A DNA stretch of 64,000 nucleotides from Methanobacteriota archaeon. Its GTDB lineage: Archaea; Thermoplasmatota; Poseidoniia; Poseidoniales; Thalassarchaeaceae. Positions 1 to 10,196 of this stretch are shown in pieces. Position numbers and translations under genes: made by a program. The notes below the pieces were generated by a model that was not told the DNA's origin, did no database searches, and saw only the letters and a list, made by a program, of their open reading frames with translations. Each line of letters starts with the position of its first letter. The stretch's first letter is position 1. Location: the NCBI GenBank assembly GCA_018650285.1, contig JABIGF010000019.1, positions 3,086 to 67,085 of the forward strand. Reading direction: 5' to 3'.

Positions 1-413
1 TCACTAGGTTTATTCAACTGTACCACTTGTACTTCTTCTTGGACCTCTAGAACACTTTGTTCTTCAACCACTACCTCTTCTAGAACGACCTCATTTGCAT
101 CACCCAATGATTCTTCTTCAATCCCCCTACTTGGGCTACCTACACCAAAGGGAAGGGATGTTTCTCCGCCTGATGAGCCGCCAATAGAAAATGGAAGAGA
201 AGTTTTGGCGATTTTATTTTCAGGTTCAAGGGAGACACCTTGAATGCCGTCCATTGAAGTCACAAGTTGATCTAGACCTGGCAATTCTCCCGATGGAGCG
301 GTTTTACCACCTTCTTCTTTGACTGATGCCTCATGGGATATGCGACTACCACATGATGGACAAACTGCGCCACCACCAAATATCAGCCCACAGGCGTCGC
401 ACTCTTGCATCAT
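1..413 (-). CDS. Hypothetical protein with N-terminal zinc ribbon (runs off the window edge)
   Basis: Not in the ORF track. Manual translation from ATG 413 gives MMQECDACGLIFGGGAVCPSCGSRIS..., then an acidic low-complexity region, open to base 1. Confidence 0.7.
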   Translation of the reverse strand, partial: MMQECDACGLIFGGGAVCPSCGSRISHEASVKEEGGKTAPSGELPGLDQLVTSMDGIQGVSLEPENKIAKTSLPFSIGGSSGGETSLPFGVGSPSRGIEEESLGDANEVVLEEVVVEEQSVLEVQEEVQVVQLNKPS

Positions 414-471
414 CCTGTGTGGGTGCGTGCTCCTCTTTGATGCTACCGCCAAGCAGGGCGAGTCTTTTTCT

Positions 472-1914
472 CTACGTACTGTAAATCATCCCGTGGAAAA
501 CAATCATGAATACAGTGGCTGTTATGCATGTGATAATCATCACCGGGAAGCCAACGCGCATCCACTCTTTTGTAGTAATTGGTTTCGGACCACGTTCACT
601 GATTGAAACAGTCATCACGTTTGCACTTGAACCGATTGGAGTTGCGTTACCACCAAATCCAGCACCCATTGCTAGCGCCCAAAATAGAGGAGCTAAGTCA
701 AGGCTTGGGTCAGCTTCACCAATCCCAATGATGACAGGAATCATTGCTGCTGTAAATGGGATATTGTCAACAATTGCACTAGCAATTGCTGAGACCCAAA
801 TAATGGCAACGGCCAACATGATTTCATTAGAACCAAAGTTGTCAAATATCCAGTTAGCAAGGTCTTCAAGATAGCCCACATTGCCCATCGCACCAACCAA
901 TATGAATAGCCCTGCGAAGAATAGCAATGCGTGCCATTCTACTTTTTCACTAACTGAATGTATCAATCCATGCCGCATCTCATGGTCTTCTGGGCGTGCT
1001 GCAACAAGGGCAAAACCCGCACCAGCAAGGGCGATCGCATGTATCTCAATATGAAGGTGCAAGAACTCAGTCAATGAGAACATCAGGACTGTTGCGCCGA
1101 GTATCACAATTGTATTTTTCAACAACCCCATATCTTCAATAGAATCCCACTCATCTTCTTCAAGAATTTTTTCAACATTCGCTGGTATTGATTCTCTCCA
1201 TTCACGATAATACCATCGCATATAGGCCAATGTTGTAATCCAAGCGAAGAGGGTTAGAACCCCTAGTCTCAACAAAAATCCATTGAAACCAAACAGATAA
1301 CCGATGTCTAGGCTACTAGTTGCACTTGCAATCATCACGTTTGGAGGGTCTCCAACCATGGACGCCACACCACCTGTATCGGAAAGTATCGCTTCGGCCA
1401 ATAGAGGTGGCACTGGATTTATTTCCAACTTTTGACAAATCCGTAGTGTGACGGGGGCGATGATAATTATTGCAGTTACATTATCAATAATCAGTGAGAT
1501 TAATGTAGTGAAGGTGCCAAGATATACTACTAATTTCCAAGGGTCGCCACCTGACATTTTTGCAGCCTTGACTGAGACGTATTCAAAGAAGCCCGACATT
1601 TCGAGAAGAGCAGCAAAAATCATCATACCTAGCAATAACCCAATCACATCAAAATGAATCCAACTGAGCATCAACGACTCTAATGATTCATGACAAATCT
1701 CAACAGTACCATCGCCTCCGAAAAGTGCGAAAACATGCCCACCTTCGCCATTTGCGACGGTCTCACACTTGTTGAATACACTCATCGTAAGCCCCAACAA
1801 GAGCATACAAACACAACCAATCCAAGCAGCAATTGTACGGTGTAACTTCTCTGAAAGAATGAGGGCGAAAGCGCCCACGAATACTAGCAACACTGACTGC
1901 TCTGCTGAAATCAT
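472..1914 (-). CDS. ArsB/NhaD/SLC13 (P-protein-like) ion transporter
   Basis: Many TM segments; motifs DNVTAIII, GDPPNVMI, AIVDNIPF, GGNATPIGSSANV. Confidence 0.85.
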   Translation of the reverse strand: MISAEQSVLLVFVGAFALILSEKLHRTIAAWIGCVCMLLLGLTMSVFNKCETVANGEGGHVFALFGGDGTVEICHESLESLMLSWIHFDVIGLLLGMMIFAALLEMSGFFEYVSVKAAKMSGGDPWKLVVYLGTFTTLISLIIDNVTAIIIIAPVTLRICQKLEINPVPPLLAEAILSDTGGVASMVGDPPNVMIASATSSLDIGYLFGFNGFLLRLGVLTLFAWITTLAYMRWYYREWRESIPANVEKILEEDEWDSIEDMGLLKNTIVILGATVLMFSLTEFLHLHIEIHAIALAGAGFALVAARPEDHEMRHGLIHSVSEKVEWHALLFFAGLFILVGAMGNVGYLEDLANWIFDNFGSNEIMLAVAIIWVSAIASAIVDNIPFTAAMIPVIIGIGEADPSLDLAPLFWALAMGAGFGGNATPIGSSANVMTVSISERGPKPITTKEWMRVGFPVMIITCITATVFMIVFHGMIYST

Positions 1915-1986
1915 GGTTGGCCGTAATGATGACTATCTAAAAGCATCGCGAAAGATTAGTCCCAATACTTCAATACTGAATAGGGT

Positions 1987-3813
1987 TCACTCTTCTTCAA
2001 TAAGTGATAGAGTTTCGTCATGAACAATAGTTTGAGTTGCGTCGGGAATTAAATCAGATGCATCTATTTCAACTTCCACCTTATCGTTGAACGCATCTTT
2101 TACTACAGTAATTTCTTCATGAGCAAATTCGGAAGATGCAAGTGCCACATCTAAGCCTTTTAGTGTACTTTCAATCACATGTGGATTTAGTTGGCCGAGT
2201 CTTTCAGCATGACGCAACGCTTCAATTTCTGCACGAATTAAATCACGTCTTGCCGATTCAATTCTACTTGCATGAACTAGTGAGGTATTTGCTAATTCAT
2301 CAATATTTGACTTCGCTTTTTCAATGCTGGCTTCGTATGGCTGAGCCATACGCTCTCGATCTGATTCACTAATCATACCTTGAGTACTGAGCGTTGATAA
2401 CTTTCGCAAAGCAGCACGAGAGGCGACAAGCCTTGCTAGCGCCGACTCATAGCGAACTTCACTTTCTGCAAGACGTCCAGAAATACCAAGACGACTTAGT
2501 AGCGGTTTCATTGTGAGACCTTGAACTAACAATGTGAAAAGGATGACGCTAAAGGCAAGAATAAGCATATCGTGGTATATCGCTTCATCAAATTTGATGT
2601 TGACTACCTCGCCATCAATTAGTAATTGCTGCCCCTCATGAACTATGTGTGAAAGGAGTAACAATAGTGCAATCGGAATGCTACCACGCAATCCACCCCA
2701 CCACATAGCAGTCTGCCATTTCGCATCAATTTTATTGTCTTCCCCAATGTTTGCAATTGAAGTCAATGGGAAGACGACCAGACGGGCAATTAATGCACCA
2801 CCAATTGCCACTATTGCAAGGAATCCAGTATGTAAATTCCACGAAAGTACCGATTGCAATTCATAACCCACAAGTAGGAAAAGAATGCTGTTAACTAGGA
2901 ACGAAACGACTTCCCAAAAGTGATGTAAACCAACGCGAGCAGTTGGCGTCATTCCTTCATGCACGCCAATATTACCAACAAGAAGACCTGCTACCACTAC
3001 TGAGATTACACCACTACCATGCATAATTTCTGCAAGCAAGAATGAACCAAAAGCTAACGCCACAGTGAGAGCGATTTCAACAAGATGGTCTTCACTCTGA
3101 TGCAACAAATGGTTAGCAACCATCCCACAAATGTAGCCTGAAAGTACACCAATAGTTACTACGAGCATGAAAGATGCTATCCCGTCTGTCAAGATGTTTC
3201 CAATATTGACTGTTTCACCTGCAATTACTGAAAGTGTCGTCAATAAAATGATATTGAATACTACGATTGCAGTCCCATCATTGAATAGAGATTCACCCTC
3301 TAAAAGAACTGACAATCGTTTAGGTGCACCAAGTGAGCGTACAAGCGCGAGTACACTAACAGGGTCAGTGGCGGCAAGAATTGAGCCGATTAGTAGACCA
3401 TAAAGTAGGCCATAATCTTCACCCCACCATACAAACCGCCAACAAATGAGGCCAATTACAAATGTATTGAGAAGCACACCTGGTATTGCCAACAAAGAGA
3501 TAGTACGCCAATTACTTTTGAGTTTGTCAATGTGCATCGCCGATGAACCCTCAAACAGAAGAGGAGGGAGCAGAATAAACAGAATTAATTCAGCAGAAAG
3601 TAAGCCACCGCCTGGTTCTAATCCGATAAAGATTGATTCGCCGAGCCAGCCTAGAACTAGGCCAACAATAACCAATGCAATTGTGTAAGGGAGTCTCACC
3701 CAACGAATTGCAATTGCCACCAATAATGAGAGGATAAGGGTGCCAAGCAGACCTTCAAGCCATGTAGGTGGTATTGCAGACATCAGCCCTGCGAGGTTCA
3801 ATTGGCTGTTCAA
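1987..3813 (-). CDS. CPA1-family Na+/H+ antiporter (NhaP/NhaG-like)
   Basis: LLPPLLFE, AATDPVSV, EGESLFNDGTAIV, WGGLRG, VQGLTM motifs. Confidence 0.9.
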   Translation of the reverse strand: MNSQLNLAGLMSAIPPTWLEGLLGTLILSLLVAIAIRWVRLPYTIALVIVGLVLGWLGESIFIGLEPGGGLLSAELILFILLPPLLFEGSSAMHIDKLKSNWRTISLLAIPGVLLNTFVIGLICWRFVWWGEDYGLLYGLLIGSILAATDPVSVLALVRSLGAPKRLSVLLEGESLFNDGTAIVVFNIILLTTLSVIAGETVNIGNILTDGIASFMLVVTIGVLSGYICGMVANHLLHQSEDHLVEIALTVALAFGSFLLAEIMHGSGVISVVVAGLLVGNIGVHEGMTPTARVGLHHFWEVVSFLVNSILFLLVGYELQSVLSWNLHTGFLAIVAIGGALIARLVVFPLTSIANIGEDNKIDAKWQTAMWWGGLRGSIPIALLLLLSHIVHEGQQLLIDGEVVNIKFDEAIYHDMLILAFSVILFTLLVQGLTMKPLLSRLGISGRLAESEVRYESALARLVASRAALRKLSTLSTQGMISESDRERMAQPYEASIEKAKSNIDELANTSLVHASRIESARRDLIRAEIEALRHAERLGQLNPHVIESTLKGLDVALASSEFAHEEITVVKDAFNDKVEVEIDASDLIPDATQTIVHDETLSLIEEE

Positions 3814-3894
3814 TCCTCCGCCTAAATCACAACAAAAAATGCGAGTAAATGCCTAATCGGCAACGTGGCAGTAACCGTGTCTGAAATAGACTAG

Positions 3895-4167
3895 TTAACG
3901 ATGAAATACAGCAATATTGCCACGCATCACAACTAGTGTAGAGTTGGTCTTTTCAGCCAACATCTCCCATAATTCTCGCTTATCATCTGAATCTTCAGCA
4001 AGACCACGGTTTAGTTTCGCTTTGACAAAAATACGTGACTTCAACTGAGAATCTAATTCGTCAACGACTGACTCAGTCATCCCTGATTTACCGACCCTCA
4101 TAGTCACCTCTATCGAAGGGTCAAGAGCCCTTTTTTTCAATCTCTTATCTACGTCTTTCATTTTCAT
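3895..4167 (-). CDS. yhbY: YhbY/CRM-domain RNA-binding protein
   Basis: RVGKSGMTESVVDEL...FVKAK...RGNIAVFHR; adjacent to Rpp21 as is common in archaea. Confidence 0.85.
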   Translation of the reverse strand: MKMKDVDKRLKKRALDPSIEVTMRVGKSGMTESVVDELDSQLKSRIFVKAKLNRGLAEDSDDKRELWEMLAEKTNSTLVVMRGNIAVFHR

Positions 4168-4499
4168 TCCCCCTTAGGAAAGTTTGGCCCACGGCGAATC
4201 ATTATTCCGCAATCTAAACAGGTAATTCGCCAGACACCTTGGCGCACTCTAACACGTGCGTTGACCCCAGGTCTAAGTGCTGTTTCGCACGACCTGCATA
4301 CCCATGAGCGGCGCCCATTTGGGAGACCCAACCGGTGCCTTTGTGATAGTTTGAGTATATCTTTTGCCGCTGAATTAACGGTCTTGTTAGAATGCTTCCA
4401 TGGCTCTTTCAACACTGTTTCAAGATGGCTTCTAGTTGCTATCGCTCTAGAGCGGCGGCGCTTGGCATTTCGTGCTTGACCACGTCGCCCTCTTGCCAT
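4164..4499 (-). CDS. rnp4: Ribonuclease P protein component 4 (Rpp21)
   Basis: Basic protein with CRSC...LRPGVNARVRV...ITCLDCG zinc ribbon. Confidence 0.85.
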   Translation of the reverse strand: MARGRRGQARNAKRRRSRAIATRSHLETVLKEPWKHSNKTVNSAAKDILKLSQRHRLGLPNGRRSWVCRSCETALRPGVNARVRVRQGVWRITCLDCGIMIRRGPNFPKGE

Positions 4500-4513
4500 T
4501 GTTTCACCTGAAA

Positions 4514-5134
4514 TTAAGATGTGATGACTTCGGCAATTTCTGCCGCCACATCACTCATCGCTTGGTTGCCATTGACTGTTGCCAAAACACCTTTTTGAGA
4601 ATACCACTTTGCTAGTGGTGAAGTCTGATTATGATACGCTGAAAGACGAGTTCGGACAGCCTCTTCGTTGTCATCCTTTCTTTGTATAAGACGGCCTGCA
4701 ATCTCAGAGGGTGCTGGCTTGAATGTGATGTGATAGATGTCTCCCGTATCGGGATCCATTCTCCTACCAACTATACGCTCAACAATAGCATCATCTGGAA
4801 CTTCAATTGAAATTACAAGTGATACTTCGGCTATTTCTGCTAAGGCTTCTGCTTGCGGGATTGTACGCGGGAATCCATCGAATAGTACACCATCCATTGC
4901 ATCTGACTGAGTCATTCGCTCTTCAATCAATCCTACTATGACATTGTCAGGTACAAGTTCACCCGCTTCCATGTACTTTTTTGCTTCTATTCCAAGGCGA
5001 GTACCGGCAGCTAATGCCGCTCTCAACATGTCGCCTGTTGAAACTTGGGGTTTTCCTGTCGCTGCAACAATTGCTTCTGCTTGAGTTCCTTTGCCCGCCC
5101 CGGGGGGCCCGAACAGTACAATGGACTGACTCAT
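4514..5134 (-). CDS. adk: Adenylate kinase (bacterial-type, with LID)
   Basis: GPPGAGKGTQA P-loop, STGDMLR, DGFPRT, QRKDD; start moved to MSQSIVLFG. Confidence 0.95.
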   Translation of the reverse strand: MSQSIVLFGPPGAGKGTQAEAIVAATGKPQVSTGDMLRAALAAGTRLGIEAKKYMEAGELVPDNVIVGLIEERMTQSDAMDGVLFDGFPRTIPQAEALAEIAEVSLVISIEVPDDAIVERIVGRRMDPDTGDIYHITFKPAPSEIAGRLIQRKDDNEEAVRTRLSAYHNQTSPLAKWYSQKGVLATVNGNQAMSDVAAEIAEVITS

Positions 5135-5245
5135 AGTGGTCGCGAAAATGCTCTTCACAATAAGGCCGACGGTTGGAGAGGCTGATGAGAAAGACTACAC
5201 AAAGGTGAGTAGTTACTCAAATTACCAATAGAGAGAGCCTACCGC

Positions 5246-8200
5246 TCATTCTGTTTTTTTGACCGGATTGGCGCCCATAGGAGGCGGTGGGGCTGTAGGC
5301 AAGGGGGCAGCGCCTTTGGGAGGCGGTGGTGAACCAGCAGGCAACGGCGGAGCGCCCATTGGAGGCGGCGCCTGACCTAGTGGCTTTGGAGGGGCGAGTG
5401 GCCCAGGACCTGAGGCTGCCAATGCGGCAGTAATTTCAGCGGAACTTACGGAACCTGAAACCATTTCATCTTCTGTAACACCAGTGCTCAAAGCAGCATC
5501 TCGACGTTGGTCAACACTACCCATCATTGTTGAGCCTGGTGAAATAATGTGTTCACCTGAATCGAAAACTGTTGAGTTCTTTCGCAAGACTACAACTGCG
5601 CCAACTAACGCTGCTAGAATAAGTAGAGCCACTAGACCAACCGCCCAACTAGGTATACCGGCTGATTCCAAGGCTTGGAGAAGACCTCCACCATCGCCTG
5701 TTAGAGATGTAGAGGCAGCATGAATTTCGGCACTACCATTAATCAACTCAGTATTTTCAGTTGAAGTCGGTATCGCAGTAATCACAACATCCGAAGACCC
5801 AACTGCATCATCATTGACAATAATGACTTCAAAGACTTCAGATGCGCCAGCATCAAGATTCTGAATTGTTGACAAGCCAGTAACCAACCAACCAGATTCC
5901 ACCACGACTTCAAAATCTACTTTACACGCGGTATTACCATCATTTTGTACAGTCAAGTTGAGCGTTCTTTGCCCACCTTTCTCAACACGTTCAAAATCAT
6001 CAATATCTGCTGAAAGTGAGAGCCATGCTGCATTCTTACCATGGAATAATACCGTAGCACTACGAACTAATTCTTCCCCTCCAGAAGTTGTACCTGTAAC
6101 CAACAACGTAAGCGTATCAGCAAGTAAGCCGGTAGGTGTACCTGGTGGCATCACCACAGAAATTTGAATACTTTCAGAACGATGAATACCCAATGCATCT
6201 GGCGGAGGTGTCTTGAAACCAACTTGCCAACCCTCAGGGACGCTGCCAAATTCCCACAAGAGTGAAAGTGGGACGTTTCCACTGTTTTGGATGGTAAAGG
6301 TACCATAAGTAGCACTTCCCGGCGCAACAAATAATGTATCCAAATCAGGACCATTTAGTGTCAAGTCAGGGCGCTCTTCAACTTTGAGTTCAGTCCGATT
6401 CATGATGAAACGAGAAAGAGTGAATTGTGTCCGAATATTGATTGTATTTGCATCCCCATTAGATACTTCTTGAGGTACTTGAATCTCCACTTTGCAATCA
6501 ACATCATCTCCTTCCTGCAATGTGATCGTCAATTCATTATCATCCACTTGAAGGCCACAGGTGAGAGCGAATGGCCATGTTGTCAAAGTGGGGGTGACTT
6601 TGACATTCAAGGTGATAGGTACATTTCCAAGATTAGCCACATTCAGTGTCAAATTGAGGTTTTGTCCATTATCAACAGCCTCATCTAAAGCATTACCTGC
6701 AGCGCCAACAGGAGTGCCGCTTGAGGAATATAAATCCGTACCGAAATCCTCCAAAATAGCAACGGTTATCGTCGTAGAATCAACTTGCGAAAGTGATGGG
6801 TCTTCTGTATGTGAAGTCGTACAAGAAATTGATTCAACGACTCCAGCAGCAGGTTCACCGTCAGCCATTGACGGCACCGTTATTCGGACTGCGATTGATA
6901 GATATTGAAGGCGAGCTAGCGGTTCAAGAGTAATTGTTGAAGAATTACCATCACCAACTGAAATAGACCAGCGATTTGGTGTCTCACATGATACATTGTA
7001 TACACTTGGAGAATTACCTGGGTTCATGACTGAAACTGAGAAAGTTGCCTCTTCTCCCGGCTGAGCGGTCAAACCAGAAACTCCTGCAAGCGATGTGATC
7101 ATTCCATCAACATCGTCAACAATAATTGTCAATCTTATTGTGTGAGATACGACTGGAGATGAGCGATACCATGCGGTCAAATCAACCACATATGTGCCCG
7201 GGAGCGCATACAGGGGATACGGTGTTGCTGAAAGGTCAGCAGTTTCATCTCTAATAATCAAATCAATGACGATTTCATTATTCCCGCTACCAATCGGTTG
7301 CAATTGGTATGATGGTGCTATTGAAAGGAATTTCAACCATGTATCTGATGGCGCATCTAGCATACCATCTGGCCGCAAATATTGAACAGGGGTGACGCGT
7401 AAATCTATGCTTTCATTGCTTGTACCTTCGTTAGCAATCTTGAATCTATACAATACTTCATCTTCGGTAGCAGGGTCAATATGACGGATTTTCGCCGCAT
7501 CTAATTCACTCTCCCCGACTGGTGGCACCCCAGCCTCAGTATACGGAGTAATCCGCACGCCAATCGCTGAAACATTAACTTGCAAATTGAATACATTGTT
7601 ATTGACACCTGATGTGAAATCATTTGGTTCATCTATGACATCAAAGACATCGATAGTCAAACGTAAGTCATGGAATCCTGTGCTAGAAAAGGCGTGAGTG
7701 AAAACTATGGAATCACTTGCGCCGCCTGACAAACCACTTTTTGTCACATTGTATAGAGTAACGCCAGTAGTTAAATCCTCAACTTTCACTTCATACGGCA
7801 CAGTAGTTGCAGGCGCTTGGTTGACCCAATTTGCACCAACAATAAGAGTTTCAGACTCTAGGGGTTCTGACGCTGAAATCCACAAACTAGAGTCGACAAC
7901 AGCCAAATCACTGACCGGATTTGCATTCCCCATCGCAGTAATTACGACAGCGTAATTTTGAGTGTTTCCACCGGAATTAGAAATTTGTATAGTCCAATTT
8001 CCACTTTGAGTTGCACCCATTTTAACCCTCTCAACATTGTTTAGTGAATCATAAGAACCACCAGTTGTTGAGAATCCATTGCTGAATACATTACCTTTGT
8101 AGGTCGTACCATCTGGAGCAGTAACAAGCATATCTAGGTCGTTAACAAGTCGCGCAGATGATTGACTACCAGAAGATGAACCCTCTCTATCATTCCAAAC

Positions 8201-10078
8201 TAAAGTCACAGAGATTCCATACGCACCATCAATACTGTAAGTATAGAGGTAAGAATATCCTGGTGTTAATGATTGGTCTTGGTCATAGAATGTATTGAGC
8301 GCTAATATGCCACTAGTTGGATATATGCTTCTTTGTAGGTCGATTTGCCCCCAACCCTCGTCTGCATTTGGAATATCTGAAGAACCTATATCTTTTGCAC
8401 CATTGATGAGAATGGCTCGAATTAAATCGCTACGCGGTTGATTGAGATTCATCTGAGTACGGAGGAATTGACGGACTAGAACCGTTGCTCCCGCCGCCAC
8501 TGGAGTGGCTGCTGAAGTTCCATCTGCCTTCATGTACATCGGGTCGTTGTTACCGTGGCGGGCATTTGAGCAAGAAGGCCCAGCGGGATACTGCGCTTCC
8601 TCAGCTCGTGCCGCACAGATTTGTACACCTGGGGCGACTACATCGGGCTTAATACGACCATCTAGAGTATTTCCTCGGCTAGAAAATGATACGACTTGTC
8701 CTACTGTGTATATTCTACCAGTTGTTGAGGCTCCAACAGTCAAGACGTTTTTCGCAGTTGATGGCGGAGAGACTGTTGTCTGGCCTGATGCTCCATCGTT
8801 TCCTGCAGCGAACAATACGGTGTAGTCACCATAATCATCCATGAAGGCGTCTGCAGATCTACTGTCAGAGGTATATTGCCCACCCATATTTTCAGCACCC
8901 CACGAATTACTGTGAACACCTGCTGATTGCTGACGAGAATGGCGGAACATGTCGTAAAGTGAGCCCCAACGAGCGAGTTGCCCCGATTGGTCATGCTCCA
9001 TCTGATAGAAGTGGAAGGTTGTGGCTGGCGCCATCCCTTGGTAAGTTGAATCCCCACTGCCGTCGCCAAGCATTATCCCAGCAACGTGAGTGCCATGGCC
9101 GGTGTTCATGTCAGCACCAGAATTGTCGGGCCCGAAGTTGTTGTATATCGTCAATACACGACCGGTGAAATCCCCATGGTCAGCATCCAATCCTGAATCA
9201 GATATTGCTGCAACTTCGCCAGTACCATCTAAGCCACTGTTGTGATTATTGACTACTTGGTCTATTCTAACAATATCGCTTGCGTAATTGTTTGCAAGGG
9301 TCAAAATCGTGCGAGATTCAGTAAATAATATCCTGCCATCATTCGCCAAGACCGCCATCCAAACAGGGTCAATGCCACGAACTTGACAAAGGTAAGCGTC
9401 ACAACGAACTTCTTCTGCACCGGTTGATGCCAAGTCATTACGCAACTCTTCAATCTGAGGTGCAGATAAGTCGCCTGCAGGTGTGACATCAACATCAACC
9501 ACTCCAACATTAACTCCATTTTGTGCATCTATTGATAATGTCATCAAATCAGGCTGAAGTCTCCAGCCAGGATGTTGAACTACGACTGAGCGAACGGTAG
9601 GGTGCCTGCTCAATTCTTGTAATGCCAAGAAGGCGTCTTGTGAATCTGCTGGAAGTCGAACAAGATAGGCAGAGTCAGGGATGTGATCAAGGTCTACTAA
9701 ACCAAGAGCGACTATCAAATTCTCAAATGCGGTATAATCATGAGTGTTAAGTTGAACAATCACAAAACGAGTATTGTCAATATCGAACTGGTCACGAAAT
9801 TCCACAGGAGGCAACGGTGGCTCATCACTCACTGGGTCAAAAGAGCCCAATACCGTATGGATTTGCCCAGACGAAGATTTGATTGGAACGGTTAAACCGC
9901 TCGATGGATTTGCCACCGACCATTGCGTCGCTGCCTCCTCAGCAGTCCATTGAGGCGCCACATCCTCAAGTTGAATTGATTCTGTTGTTGCTTCTTGATG
10001 GCTTGTTGACACTAGCGTTGCCAGCGATGTTGTGAGCATCAGAAATACAAGCAAAGTTGGAAGTAGTGACTGACGCAT
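5246..10078 (-). CDS. Membrane-anchored S8 subtilisin-like peptidase (KP-43-like) with CARDB/Ig-like domains and Pro-rich tail
   Basis: Signal peptide; triad ISDSGLD / GHGTHVAG / GTSAATP; NDLDM...NNVERV C-domain; C-terminal TM helix followed by poly-Pro. Confidence 0.9.
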   Translation of the reverse strand: MRQSLLPTLLVFLMLTTSLATLVSTSHQEATTESIQLEDVAPQWTAEEAATQWSVANPSSGLTVPIKSSSGQIHTVLGSFDPVSDEPPLPPVEFRDQFDIDNTRFVIVQLNTHDYTAFENLIVALGLVDLDHIPDSAYLVRLPADSQDAFLALQELSRHPTVRSVVVQHPGWRLQPDLMTLSIDAQNGVNVGVVDVDVTPAGDLSAPQIEELRNDLASTGAEEVRCDAYLCQVRGIDPVWMAVLANDGRILFTESRTILTLANNYASDIVRIDQVVNNHNSGLDGTGEVAAISDSGLDADHGDFTGRVLTIYNNFGPDNSGADMNTGHGTHVAGIMLGDGSGDSTYQGMAPATTFHFYQMEHDQSGQLARWGSLYDMFRHSRQQSAGVHSNSWGAENMGGQYTSDSRSADAFMDDYGDYTVLFAAGNDGASGQTTVSPPSTAKNVLTVGASTTGRIYTVGQVVSFSSRGNTLDGRIKPDVVAPGVQICAARAEEAQYPAGPSCSNARHGNNDPMYMKADGTSAATPVAAGATVLVRQFLRTQMNLNQPRSDLIRAILINGAKDIGSSDIPNADEGWGQIDLQRSIYPTSGILALNTFYDQDQSLTPGYSYLYTYSIDGAYGISVTLVWNDREGSSSGSQSSARLVNDLDMLVTAPDGTTYKGNVFSNGFSTTGGSYDSLNNVERVKMGATQSGNWTIQISNSGGNTQNYAVVITAMGNANPVSDLAVVDSSLWISASEPLESETLIVGANWVNQAPATTVPYEVKVEDLTTGVTLYNVTKSGLSGGASDSIVFTHAFSSTGFHDLRLTIDVFDVIDEPNDFTSGVNNNVFNLQVNVSAIGVRITPYTEAGVPPVGESELDAAKIRHIDPATEDEVLYRFKIANEGTSNESIDLRVTPVQYLRPDGMLDAPSDTWLKFLSIAPSYQLQPIGSGNNEIVIDLIIRDETADLSATPYPLYALPGTYVVDLTAWYRSSPVVSHTIRLTIIVDDVDGMITSLAGVSGLTAQPGEEATFSVSVMNPGNSPSVYNVSCETPNRWSISVGDGNSSTITLEPLARLQYLSIAVRITVPSMADGEPAAGVVESISCTTSHTEDPSLSQVDSTTITVAILEDFGTDLYSSSGTPVGAAGNALDEAVDNGQNLNLTLNVANLGNVPITLNVKVTPTLTTWPFALTCGLQVDDNELTITLQEGDDVDCKVEIQVPQEVSNGDANTINIRTQFTLSRFIMNRTELKVEERPDLTLNGPDLDTLFVAPGSATYGTFTIQNSGNVPLSLLWEFGSVPEGWQVGFKTPPPDALGIHRSESIQISVVMPPGTPTGLLADTLTLLVTGTTSGGEELVRSATVLFHGKNAAWLSLSADIDDFERVEKGGQRTLNLTVQNDGNTACKVDFEVVVESGWLVTGLSTIQNLDAGASEVFEVIIVNDDAVGSSDVVITAIPTSTENTELINGSAEIHAASTSLTGDGGGLLQALESAGIPSWAVGLVALLILAALVGAVVVLRKNSTVFDSGEHIISPGSTMMGSVDQRRDAALSTGVTEDEMVSGSVSSAEITAALAASGPGPLAPPKPLGQAPPPMGAPPLPAGSPPPPKGAAPLPTAPPPPMGANPVKKTE

Positions 10079-10196
10079 TGAATTCCCGACTCAACTTACC
10101 CTTTTTGATGGTTGACGCTCTTAGAGCGTCTTGTTGCATCATCAAAAATGTGGAATTATTGACTACATTCAAGAAATAAGCGCAATATGCGTTTAT

